Notes under the pieces: generated by a model
Told to the model about the DNA's origin: nothing
Databases searched by the model: none
What the model saw: only the letters and a program-made list of their open reading frames with translations
Source of the DNA: Octopus sinensis
Lineage: Eukaryota
DNA length: 15,174 nt
NCBI RefSeq assembly: GCF_006345805.1
Contig: NW_021825949.1
Span: 1-15,174, forward strand
Direction: 5' to 3'
Shown: one piece after another, positions 1 to 9,962 of the stretch
Layout: every line of letters begins with the position of its first letter
Position numbering within the stretch: the first letter of the stretch is position 1
Program-made: the position numbers and the translations under genes

Positions 1-440
1 TGAGTCAGAATCAGTGGGCGAGAAATCGATGAAATAGTGAATTAGTAAAGCGGTGAGTCAGTGAGATGGGGAATCAATAAGGTGGTTAAGGTGTAAGGAG
101 TTGAGTTGGGGAACAATATAATGTCACTGAGGTGTTGAATCTATAAAGCGATGAAGTCCATACGGTCGTTAACGCGATGAGTCAGTCAGATGATGAGATA
201 TTACCTTTATAAGTCAGGAAATCACTGAACTAATATGATGGCTGAACAAGACGGTGGTGTGTCAATAAAGTAATGAGTCAAAAATGTGATGTGTCTCCCA
301 GGTGATGAGTCAGAAATGCGACGAGTCAGTAAAGTGATGAGTCGGACATGTGATGAGTCAGAAATGGGACGAGTCAGTAATATGATGAGACGGATATGTG
401 ATGAGTCAGAAATGTGGTGAGTTAACAAAGTCAGAAACGT
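1..440 (+). repeat. Degenerate TGAGTCA-rich minisatellite with a 48-bp higher-order unit at 302-349, 350-397 and a partial unit from 398
   Basis: GTGATGAGTCAGAAATG starts at 302, 350 and 398. Each 48-mer has three ~15-17-nt subunits with a GAGTC/GAGAC core. Perfect TGAGTCA occurs at 1, 54, 178, 274, 306, 354 and 402. Confidence 0.85.
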
Positions 441-750
441 CCTGAAGTGCTGAGGTATTAGATAGCGAGTTGGTAAAGGAAGACACAAAGGTGGAGAGTA
501 AAATTGCAATAAGCCAATCAGTCAAAGATCAATAAACCAGTGTGTCAATAAACCAGTGAACTAGTGTAAAAAATCTATAGAGTTTAGTTCGTCAGAAAAT
601 CAGTAACACAATAAGATATGGAAGAAAAATAAACGCGATAAAAAAATCTGTTGTGTCATAGCTGTCATCGTTCGAAATTTGGTGCCGTTTTGGGAGTCGA
701 AACAACATTTCCCAGACTTACAATCGATATACCCCTGCAGCCCTTTATGT

Positions 751-977
751 CAGTCTTTTCCAATGGGGCATAATTTTAATGTGTAAGGATATTCTTCGGG
801 AAATATCTCCGAGTTTATTTTCTACTAACTGAAAATTTCGCGTTGTTGTACTTTTGCCAATGGCGTATTTCATAAAACATTCGTGAATATTTTTATATTT
901 CGTCAAATAATTCAACAGCAAAGAAGAGTAAAAAAAAAGAAAATCTGCGTTCGCGGCCCATAGTTTGGAGTCTGCTG
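751..977. mobile_element. Possible decayed hAT-type MITE
   Basis: Left end is CAGTCTTTTCCAA (751). The reverse complement of the right end is CAGCAGACTCCAAACTATGGGCCGCG. Both fit the CAGnnnnnTCCAA terminus of hAT/Charlie-like MITEs. The 8-bp flanks (CTTTATGT vs ATTGCAAG) do not form a TSD, so support is weak. Confidence 0.25.
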
Positions 978-1225
978 ATTGCAAGCAATAGCTCAGTGAG
1001 ACGTCAGCACGGCATAATCAAAGATTATTGTATGTTGTACGGTTCTGCACATGCTCGGTAGGGGTCGCTACGTCACTATGGGTAATTTTAGAAGTACACT
1101 AGAATATTCTGTAGGATTTTCATGCTATTTCAAAGAGTTCTGATTGATTGATTTGTTTTTCTGAAGAATTTTTTCGAAATTTATTTCCATATTCATTTCA
1201 TTACTATTCTTGTTACTCTATTTTA

Positions 1226-1800
1226 CATATATACACAGACATATATATATATATATATATATATACAAACATACTTACACGTACATATATATCTCCACAA
1301 ATGTTAAGCATTTCAATAATGTTCCCTCACTATGTATATATATATACATACATGTCTCTCTCTCTCCTCTCTCTCTCTCTCTCTATATATATATTATATA
1401 TATATATATACTATATATATATAATACGTATATATATGTACGTGTATATATATATAATATATAAATATGTATTAAGCATACACGTACATATCTACATCCC
1501 TCTCCTTCTTTCTTCTCTCTCTCTCTGCATATAAATATATATAATAGTGATAGACATATATGTAGATATAAATATATATATATATTATATATATATATAT
1601 ACATATGTATATATGTATGTATATAACTATGCGTATTTATGTATATATATATGTATGTATGTATGTATATGTATACATGTACGTACGTACATAGATATGT
1701 ACATGCATATATACATACATGCATATACATATATATATATGTATATATGCGTATATATATATACATATAAATATGTGGCGTATGTGGGTGTGTGTATGGT
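1226..1800. repeat. Compound microsatellite (TA)n/(TATG)n/(TACA)n/(CT)n
   Basis: Directly visible. It explains the YI/IY-rich ORFs at 1148-1939. Confidence 0.95.
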
Positions 1801-2024
1801 GGTTGATTGCTAAATGGATGGCTGTGTACGTGCGTGCGATATTGCACGCAGTACATGTGTCACTAAGTGATGCATATAGATGCCTGTGATGAAAAAATAC
1901 ATATGCAGATGCAGGATATGATAATCGTATCCATGACAAACTTACACGTAACTACAAATGCACACACATTCAAGTACAGAGACGAAAGCGATCGCACCGA
2001 CATTGAGAGAATATGTAAATGCAA

Positions 2025-2048
2025 ATAGAGAGATAGATAGATAGATAT

Positions 2049-2097
<49 letters not shown>

Positions 2098-2370
2098 GAG
2101 ATAGATAGATAGATAGACAAAGAGAGAGAGATAGGTATGAATGTCGGTAGTAGGTTGGTTGGTAGGTAGATAGGTAGGTAGGTTGGAAGATAGGTAGGTA
2201 GATAGGTAGATAGATAGATAGACAGATAGATAGATAGACAGAGAGAGAGGTATGAAGGTAGGTAGTAGTTAGGTAGATAGGTAGATACGTAGATAGGTCG
2301 GTAGATAGATAGAGAGACAGATAGATAGACAGATAGAAAGAGATAGAGAGAAAGAGAGAGAGAGAGAGAG
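2025..2370. repeat. Compound microsatellite (AGAT)n/(AGGT)n/(AG)n
   Basis: Directly visible. It explains the LSIY/YLPT ORFs on the minus strand. Confidence 0.95.
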
Positions 2371-2490
2371 AAACTCTTAGGTAAGTAGTAACGCACGAAA
2401 CTCTCAGCCGGTGAGTCACTGTTGATTCTGCTAAATATTAATAAAAATGTTTATATACTCGTTCAACTTTTGTTTACATCGCCAAACCTA

Positions 2491-2509
2491 AACATATATA
2501 AATATTATA

Positions 2510-2586
<77 letters not shown>

Positions 2587-2612
2587 TATACATATGTAGT
2601 ATGTATGTATGT
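2491..2612. repeat. (TA)n/(TATG)n microsatellite
   Basis: Directly visible. Confidence 0.95.
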
Positions 2613-3030
2613 ATCAAAATAAGCAACAAGGATATCCAGAGGTAATGCAGTACGATCGTTTCACGCAACTCCATTTAATACCGCCTTAGGTATACAAGGA
2701 TTTGATAAAACTAATCTATAAATTAGAACTGACCCCATATAAAAGTGACGAGCAAAATCTGTAAGAAGTCTTTCTTCCTGGTAACTTAGTAGCTTTGAAG
2801 TAGAAGGAAGGGCAACAATGTTCTTTGTCTATCTCCTTAACCTCTTGGAGATTTTAGGCAAATTATAATACTGTGTCCATCCGTTTTAATTCAATTAAAT
2901 TCTATATCTTTTGCAGCTGAGGATTGGTCTGCATTTAAATAGATGTAATATTTGCATTGTTCAATTAAATGGAGTTGCCTGAAACGATCGTACTGCATTA
3001 CCTCTGGATATATTTGTTGCTTATTTTGAT
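2613..3030. repeat. Long inverted repeat: 67-bp arms (2613-2679 and 2964-3030) around a 284-bp spacer, probably a foldback/MITE-like DNA transposon derivative
   Basis: The left arm ATCAAAATAAGCAACAAGGATATCCAGAGGTAATGCAGTACGATCGTTTCACGCAACTCCATTTAAT matches the reverse complement of 2964-3030 at 64/67 positions without gaps. The left arm abuts a microsatellite, so its true end may be lost. No TSD is identifiable. Confidence 0.9.
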
Positions 3031-3128
3031 TCTGATCACCTTATTTTGAAATTTCATGGATAATACCGTACTAAATTCTGGTGCTTCAACTGAAGTACCA
3101 TATTCATCTGAATCTAATTTTTTGATGA

Positions 3129-3200
3129 ACATATATATGTATGTATGATGTATGTATGTATGCGAGTATGTATGTACATATGCATGTATATATGTACAAT

Positions 3201-3248
<48 letters not shown>
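3129..3248. repeat. (TATG)n/(TA)n/(TG)n microsatellite
   Basis: Directly visible. The (TG)n part forms the left boundary of the tandem duplication. Confidence 0.95.
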
Positions 3249-3252
<4 letters not shown>

Positions 3253-3430
3253 TCGTGTATTTGCGTGCGTTGTGTGTGAAAACAAATGTTGGTGTTTTCG
3301 TTCCCGTCACTTAGAATAAATGCTAGGCTTACAAATAATAATTCCTCGAGTGTATTTGTCTAAAGATGGTGCCTTAGCATGTCCGCAGTTAAATGACTGA
3401 AACAAGTAATAGAATAAAAGAATAAAAGAA
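3249..3430 (+). mobile_element. 3' half of the tRNA-derived SINE (decayed), in duplication copy 1
   Basis: TGCTAGGCTTACAAATAATAATTCCT...AGCATGTCCGCAGTTAAATGACTGAAACAAGTAATAGAATAAAAGAATAAAAG is similar to the reverse complement of 12861-12965, including the tail. Confidence 0.8.
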
Positions 3431-3448
3431 TTATATATATATATAAAA

Positions 3449-3687
3449 TATAAATTAGGGTATCTACGAGATCCCCTAAATGTGTGTATTCTACTGACGA
3501 GGAAAAGCATTCCTAAATGCAAAGTCAGAAATGCTGGGTCTAGAATTATCCAGTAATATTTTACTAGTTTCATCTTGTCTCTTTGTTTTCTCTCCGTGTT
3601 GATATATGGACAATTTAGGTGGTTTTAGAGTCAGATCATGACTGCTGTTTTCAGCATTGTGGTATCTCGTAGATACCCTAATTTATA
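3449..3687. mobile_element. 239-bp MITE-like element with a 24-bp perfect terminal inverted repeat (copy 1)
   Basis: TATAAATTAGGGTATCTACGAGAT (3449-3472) is the exact reverse complement of 3664-3687. The outermost TA at each end could be a TA target duplication. It sits in a (TA)n tract just after the SINE tail. Confidence 0.7.
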
Positions 3688-3776
3688 AATTTAATAATTA
3701 TTACCTTGGAAGGTTATTTTTTCCATGCTGACCACGTGATAAAGTCGTTATTTTATTTTTAAATTAACGATCTTAT

Positions 3777-3816
<40 letters not shown>

Positions 3817-4395
3817 ATATAACAAAGCTGCATATAATATGCACACACACAGAAACACCATCATGCAAACATGCAGGCATACGCATTCATGTAGACAAAC
3901 GCAGCGCAGCAATCACACAATTCACTATCTACGCTGGCCATCAAAACACAAGGCAAGCATCTTCTCTGTTGAGCAGGATAACGAAATTAAGAGCGATTTG
4001 CGATGGACAGCATCCCAAGTGAAATCCTTACACAACTATTCCGAATAGGGATCAACTGCCCAAAGGCTAGACACGACTGAAAAGGGCACAGATTTCTTTC
4101 GCTTCTATAGTAAGTGATGGACAAGTCCGTTTCCGGTGATCACGGCTTGTAGTGACCAGAAAAGATATATTTACTTAGGTGCAGACACAATGCAGCGATT
4201 TCAAACAGCCTTTGATAATTTTTTTTCAGTAGGGATTGCAAAGGTCTTTGAGAAAATCTTTAGGGTTGTCATGATTGAGAGGAAAGCTATGACAATATAC
4301 CGACAAAGTAAAGAATAAATATCTAGTAAATACAGACGGTAGGCTTGAATGCCTATACATACATGCATACGTATATTTACTTATATATAGACATA

Positions 4396-4421
<26 letters not shown>

Positions 4422-4426
<5 letters not shown>

Positions 4427-4604
4427 GTGTATTTGCGTGCGTTGTGTGTGAAAACAAATGTTGGTGTGTTTTCGTTCCCGTCACTTAGAATAAATGCTAG
4501 GCTTACAAATAATAATTCCTCGAGTGTATTTGTCTAAAGATGGTTGCTTAGCATGTCCGCAGTTAAATGACTGAAACAAGTAATAGAATAAAAGAATAAA
4601 AGAA
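4422..4604 (+). mobile_element. 3' half of the tRNA-derived SINE (decayed), in duplication copy 2
   Basis: Duplicate of 3249-3430. Confidence 0.8.
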
Positions 4605-4622
4605 TATATATATATATATAAT

Positions 4623-4864
4623 TATAAATTAGGGTATCTACGAGATTACCCTAAATGTGTGGTATTCTACTGACGAGGGAAAAAGCATTCCTAATGCAAA
4701 GTCAGAAATGCTGGGTCTAGAATTATCCAGTAATATTTTACTAGTTTCATCTTGTCTCTTTGTTTTCTCTCCGTGTTGATATATGGACAATTTAGGTGGT
4801 TTTAGAGTCAGATCATGACTGCTGTTTTCAGCATTGTGGTATCTCGTAGATACCCTTTATTATA
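4623..4864. mobile_element. MITE-like TIR element (copy 2)
   Basis: The left arm 4623-4646 is intact. The right arm ATCTCGTAGATACCCT (from 4841) is followed by a slightly altered end. Confidence 0.65.
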
Positions 4865-4959
4865 AATTTAATAATTATTACCTTGGAAGGTTATTTTTTC
4901 CATGCTGACCACGTGATAAAGTCGTTATTTTATTTTAAATTAACGCGATATTATCCTTA

Positions 4960-4994
<35 letters not shown>

Positions 4995-5572
4995 ATATAA
5001 CAAAGCTGCATATAATATGCACACACAGAAAAACACCATCATGCAAACATGCAGGCATAGCATTCATGTTAGACAAACGCAGCGTAACAATCACACAATT
5101 CACTATCTACGCTGGCCATCAAAACACAAGGCAAGCATCTTCTCTGTTGAGCAGGATAACGAAATTAAGAGCGATTTGCGATGGACAGCATCCCAAGTGA
5201 AATCCTTACACAACTATTCCGAATAGGGATCAACTGCCCAAAGGCTAGACCACGATGAAAAGGGCACAGATTTCTTTCGCTCTATAGTAAGTGATGGACA
5301 AGTCCGTTTCCGGTGATCACGCTTGCTTGTAGTGACCAGAAAAGATATATTTACTTAGGTGCAGACACAATGCAGCGATTTCAAACAGCCTTTGATAATT
5401 TTTTTTCAGTAGGGATTGCAAAGGTCTTTGAGAAAATCTTTAGGGTTGTCATGATTGAGAGGAAAGCTATGACAATATACCGACAAAGTAAAGAATAAAT
5501 ATCTAGTAAATACAGACGGTAGGCTTGAATGCCTATACATACATGCATACGTATATTTACTTATATATAGAC

Positions 5573-5575
<3 letters not shown>

Positions 5576-5613
<38 letters not shown>

Positions 5614-5650
5614 GTGTGTGCGTGTGCGTGTGTGTATGTGTGTATCTATG
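5576..5650. repeat. (TG)n microsatellite
   Basis: Directly visible. It forms the right boundary of the duplication. Confidence 0.95.
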
Positions 5651-5656
5651 TACGTA

Positions 5657-5877
5657 CGAGGGGGTGCTGAAAAGTTCCTTGCTTTTGGGTAAAAAGAAAA
5701 TACAAGAGGATCAGTTAATTATGTTTCTATTCAGTATATTACCGTCTCAGATTCACACACTTATTGCAGTGGTCCCTCCAGTTTTTCCTAAGCCCTGTAA
5801 AAGAACTGGGAAGGTTGGGCCTCCAACTAGGCCTTTCGCGACACCCTTAAAACCAGGAGCTCTTCAGCACACCCTCG
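5657..5877 (-). mobile_element. Non-autonomous mariner-type element (221 bp) retaining the transposase C-terminus
   Basis: TA is followed by CGAGGGGGTGCTGAAAAGTTCC (5657-5678). The right TIR GGAGCTCTTCAGCACACCCTCG (5856-5877) matches at 19/22, and its flank is CA rather than TA. The minus strand reads GLRKNWRDHCNKCVNLRR*YTE*, resembling the mariner C-terminal motif GI.KL..RW.KC....G.YVE*. Confidence 0.85.
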
Positions 5878-6138
5878 CATATTTATTACTCTTATACAAG
5901 AATGCTGTTGGCAGTAACTTCGAAATTTTGGCCAGTTACGTTATCGTCGGATTATAGCTTAAGTCGTCGAAACTTCGAAGTCCCGGTCAATAATATACTT
6001 CCTTAAGAATTATAAATTACCACTCTACAAACTGTAGAGGAAGCCATCAGATTTATGTAAAACTGTTTTTATTGTATCTGAACATAAAAAAAAAACATTA
6101 ACACATACACACATATTTTATTTCATACCTTGAACTCA

Positions 6139-6161
6139 TTTTAGTCATTGGACTGCGACCA
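6139..6161 (-). mobile_element. Short SINE 3'-end remnant
   Basis: TTTTAGTCATTGGACTGCGACCA resembles TTTCAGTCATTTGACTGTGGCCA at 12879-12901 (19/23). Confidence 0.45.
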
Positions 6162-6304
6162 AGAAAACCCCAATAAAGTGTTTCTTGATGATTTGCTGCA
6201 GTTAGTCACTGGAGTGTCCAGTGCTTAGTTTCAAATAACTGCAATGACGAAACGTATGTAGCAACAAAATATATATTCTAGTGTTTATCTTAATTTTTAT
6301 TTCC

Positions 6305-6530
6305 AGCACACACACAGCCACACACGCGCGCACCCACACAGAATCACACACACACACACATATACATACACTTTAACACACATAGACACGCACAGAGACA
6401 TGTATGCCGCGAGTTTACACACAGTTACCGCGTACCAAATTATATATCCATACTTACACATATACATATATAGATGCTCGTATATACACATAAATAACGG
6501 GCAAATATTAATATGATCGTAAACTCCACA
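6305..6530. repeat. Degenerate (CA)n-rich low-complexity tract
   Basis: Directly visible. Confidence 0.85.
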
Positions 6531-6849
6531 CACTTTTTAGAATAATGCTATATGGCTGGCTTTCTATCTTATTTTGGTTCAAAAAATCATCAACATATGT
6601 ATTGAATAATGGACATATATATAGGTACGTATGTTTATATAAATGAATATGTATAAGTGTATGTATGTATGCATATATGTATGTATGTATTCATAGATTT
6701 CCTTTTTTTCTCACTGATCATCTTGTTTAATCATTTGTATTGAAAATAATTCTTATATTTACCATAATAGAATATTTTGAAGAATTTTCACTTTGAAACA
6801 CGCATTCATATTTATCTACGAACATAGTTCTGCCCATAATTATATGAAG

Positions 6850-6851
6850 AT

Positions 6852-6944
<93 letters not shown>

Positions 6945-6977
6945 CATATATATATATATACATACTCACATATATAT

Positions 6978-7058
<81 letters not shown>

Positions 7059-7300
7059 TAATCCAAACGGGAAAGCAGAAAAAACAACAACACGTGGAAC
7101 AATTACAGTATTATTATTATTAGGCGCATATATATATATATATATACGCATATATTATATATGTATATTGATATATATATATATATGCATATATATATAT
7201 ATGTACATTTATATGCATACACATGTATATGTATATATATATTATATATATATGTATGTGTGTGTGTGTATGTGTGTGTGCGTGTGTGTGTATATATATA
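6850..7300. repeat. Compound microsatellite (CATA)n/(TA)n/(TG)n with a short unique interruption near 7055-7125
   Basis: Directly visible. Confidence 0.95.
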
Positions 7301-7549
7301 TAATGTGTGCATGTGTTTGTCCGTATATGTGTTCGCAATAATAAAAATATCTGTAACAATAACAGGTGACAAAATGGCGCCACCTCCCCCATCACCTCCA
7401 CCACTACCTCCGGCTCATGAAATAAAATCTTAAATTAAAAGCCTCACGTTTCTTCAGCCCGAAAAACCTTACATCAAAGACCCCAACGCCCCACGTGTAT
7501 TACAGTAAATGCAAGTAAATTCAAAAAGAAAACAGGATTGAGAACGCAT

Positions 7550-7877
7550 CGTCATTTTCGTCATCACAAAATTCGCCGTTGTCATCATCCTATTCGTCGT
7601 CACCAACAACATCATTATGATTATCACTGTCATCATCAGTTATCATCGTCATCATCATCGTCGCTGTCGTAGTCGTCGTCGTAGTCTTAGTCATCGTGAC
7701 GATGATCATCATTTTCATCATCATAATCATCGTCATCACCACCATCATCATGCTCATCATCACCATCATCATCATCATCATCATCATCATCGCCATCATC
7801 ATCATCCTCCTCCTCATCATCATCAAAATCATCACCATTATCATCACCATCATGATCATCATCATCATCGGCATCAC

Positions 7878-7934
<57 letters not shown>

Positions 7935-8290
7935 TATCATCATCGTCGTCGTCACCATCTTCACCATCATCATCATCGCCGTTGTTGCCGTCGTCGTCGG
8001 AATTTTTTCGTGCCATCGACGATATCGTTCTCGTGTCGTTGTTCTCCCCCATCTCCTTCGTCCTTATCATCATCATCATCGGGGTCAATTTCATCATCCT
8101 CTTCATCCACGTCATCATTTTAATCATCATCATCATCGTCTCACCATCACTCTCACCATCCTCGTCATTCTCCTCCTCTCCAAACACCGTCGCCCACATC
8201 ATATGAGGAACAGCACCGCCATCAACACTTCGTCATCATCACCATCATCATCAGCAGCAGCAGCATTATCGCAATCGTCATCTTCATCGA
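7550..8290. repeat. Large degenerate (CAT)n trinucleotide array with CAC/CGT/CCT/TAT variants
   Basis: Directly visible. It yields the poly-His, poly-Ile, poly-Met and poly-Asp ORFs at 7590-8514. Confidence 0.95.
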
Positions 8291-8484
8291 CATTCAACCA
8301 CAATAACATGAAAGAAGAACAAGGGTCCGTGGCACTTTTTGAATCGCGCCTAATGAGGCACAAAGCAAGGGTCGCATGTGTTGGTTGTTACAGCGCTGAG
8401 AAAATAAACAGCGTGACGTGTGATCGCGTCTTTATTGTGCATTTTACGTTGTCATACTCCTTAACAATGAGACAACATTCCAAT

Positions 8485-8514
8485 TGTTGTTGTTGCTGCT
8501 GCTGCTGCTGCTGA

Positions 8515-8546
<32 letters not shown>

Positions 8547-8556
8547 TTGTTGTTGA
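8485..8556. repeat. (TGT)n/(TGC)n trinucleotide tract
   Basis: Directly visible. Confidence 0.95.
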
Positions 8557-8764
8557 CGATGGCGGATAATGTCGTTGTAAATATTATTTTTAATTTCGAT
8601 TATTCCAGAATATTTTGATCTGCTATTTGAAATTATGGTTGAGTATGAATTTTTTTTTTCTTTCTCTCTATCTCTCTCTTTCTTTTACATTCTCTTGCAG
8701 AAAAAAAATGTGCGCAAATATCTTTGTGTATGTTTGTATATACGTTAATATACGCATGAATAAA

Positions 8765-8832
8765 TGTGTATATATGTAAGTATGTAAGTAGGTATATATG
8801 TATGGAGTATATGGTATTATATTAATTCATGG

Positions 8833-8863
<31 letters not shown>

Positions 8864-9099
8864 TATATATATATTATATATATATGAACACATGTGTGTG
8901 TATACATATATACATCAACAGAAGTAGAAGATAATGATAGTAAATGAAAATACTTTTTGTGTTAATTTTAATTTTAATTTTTCTTTTTTTAATACAATAA
9001 TCGTATTTCTTTCCAAAGATATTCAATTTTCTTTTGTTGTTGGTGGTGGTGGTGTTACTGCTGTTGTTGTTGAGGTTGTTGAAAATAACGAAATTATAG

Positions 9100-9157
<58 letters not shown>

Positions 9158-9195
9158 GCGTGTACATACATACGTATGTATATATATATATAAGT
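8765..9195. repeat. (TA)n tracts (about 8830-8885 and 9104-9195) with AT-rich spacers and a short (TGT/TGG)n tract
   Basis: Directly visible. Confidence 0.9.
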
Positions 9196-9657
9196 ATATC
9201 ACTAGAGAAAAATTTATATTGTACGAATACACCTAGTTATTTTTGCCGATGACGCGTATATTTATGCATATATAACGATACAAGTATATACATATAGACG
9301 CACATTCACATACCTGCACACATATGATGCACTCTCACACACACACACACAGAGAATGTATGTGTGTGTGTGTACAGAGGAGAGATTGAAAATAGAGAAT
9401 TGGATAAGGAGAATTCGTAGGAGTCTCTGAGTTTTGTGTTTGAGAGACATACGGCTGTCTTTAATCAGTATATAGCGAATAGTGAGAGTCTATTAAGGTG
9501 TATTTCAACCTAAAGCGCCATTTGGTGTGAGATGTCCTTTTGTCTGTCGCACTTTGTAGGGCAAAATATACTTAATTCGGTTGCATTCAAAGGGAACAGG
9601 ATTATTGAATGGACACGAGCACATTTTAATACATAAATATGTCCACAGATATGCGTG

Positions 9658-9658
<1 letters not shown>

Positions 9659-9730
<72 letters not shown>

Positions 9731-9840
9731 ATATATATATATATAGTATACATATATAACATAATATAAAGTACATATATATATGTATATATATATATAC
9801 ATACAGACACATATATAGGGAGGTACATACATATATACAC
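9659..9840. repeat. (CT)n/(TA)n microsatellite
   Basis: Directly visible. Confidence 0.95.
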
Positions 9841-9907
9841 TTAAGTTGCTGGAGCGTAAACAAACCTAAAATCAGTTGCTATGGGACACGTCCACAGACA
9901 CCCGAAG

Positions 9908-9962
9908 TTTCAGGTTCAGTCCTATTGCGTGGCATCTTGTGCATAAGTTTTTTTTACTATAG
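9908..9962 (+). mobile_element. Decayed SINE fragment (B-box region)
   Basis: TTTCAGGTTCAGTCCTATTGCGTGGCATCTTGTGCATAAGTTTTTTTTACTATAG aligns with GGTTCAGCCCCACTACGTGGCACCTTGGGCAAGTATCTTCTACTATAG, the minus strand of 13170-13217. Confidence 0.6.

Larger units (their letters stand above)
3249..5575 (+). repeat. Tandem duplication of ~1.15 kb: copy 1 at 3249-4395, copy 2 at 4422-5575, separated and bounded by (TG)n tracts
   Basis: The copies are collinear and near-identical. I count about 14 small differences, mostly 1-3-nt indels. The last ~240 bp are identical. Confidence 0.97.

Noticed and set aside
302-420. Regularly spaced repeats superficially like a CRISPR array
   Set aside because: The intervening sequences are themselves repeats, the context is eukaryotic, and there are no cas genes.
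222-509. Minus-strand ORF with 16-aa repeats (ISDSSH.RLI.LLTR)
   Set aside because: Fully explained by the 48-bp minisatellite. It has a non-ATG start and no domain.
1148-2674. YI/IY/LSIY-rich ORFs, with equivalents at 6727-7433, 8874-9236, 13030-13733 and 14605-15147
   Set aside because: They are translations of dinucleotide and tetranucleotide microsatellites.
4003-4320. MDSIPSEILTQLF (F-box-like or LINE RT D.IP.E-like) and IAKVFEKIF (RT-like) peptides, duplicated in copy 2
   Set aside because: The first frame stops after 25 codons in both copies. Motif spacing is inconsistent with non-LTR RT, and no RPISL motif is present. A tBLASTx against Repbase would settle it.
7590-8514. Long His-rich (7617-8123), Asp-rich (7687-8202), Met-rich and Ile-rich ORFs resembling metal-binding or biomineralisation proteins
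   Set aside because: Five of the six frames of a (CAT)n repeat lack stops, so these overlapping ORFs are expected. There is no signal peptide, domain or splice context.
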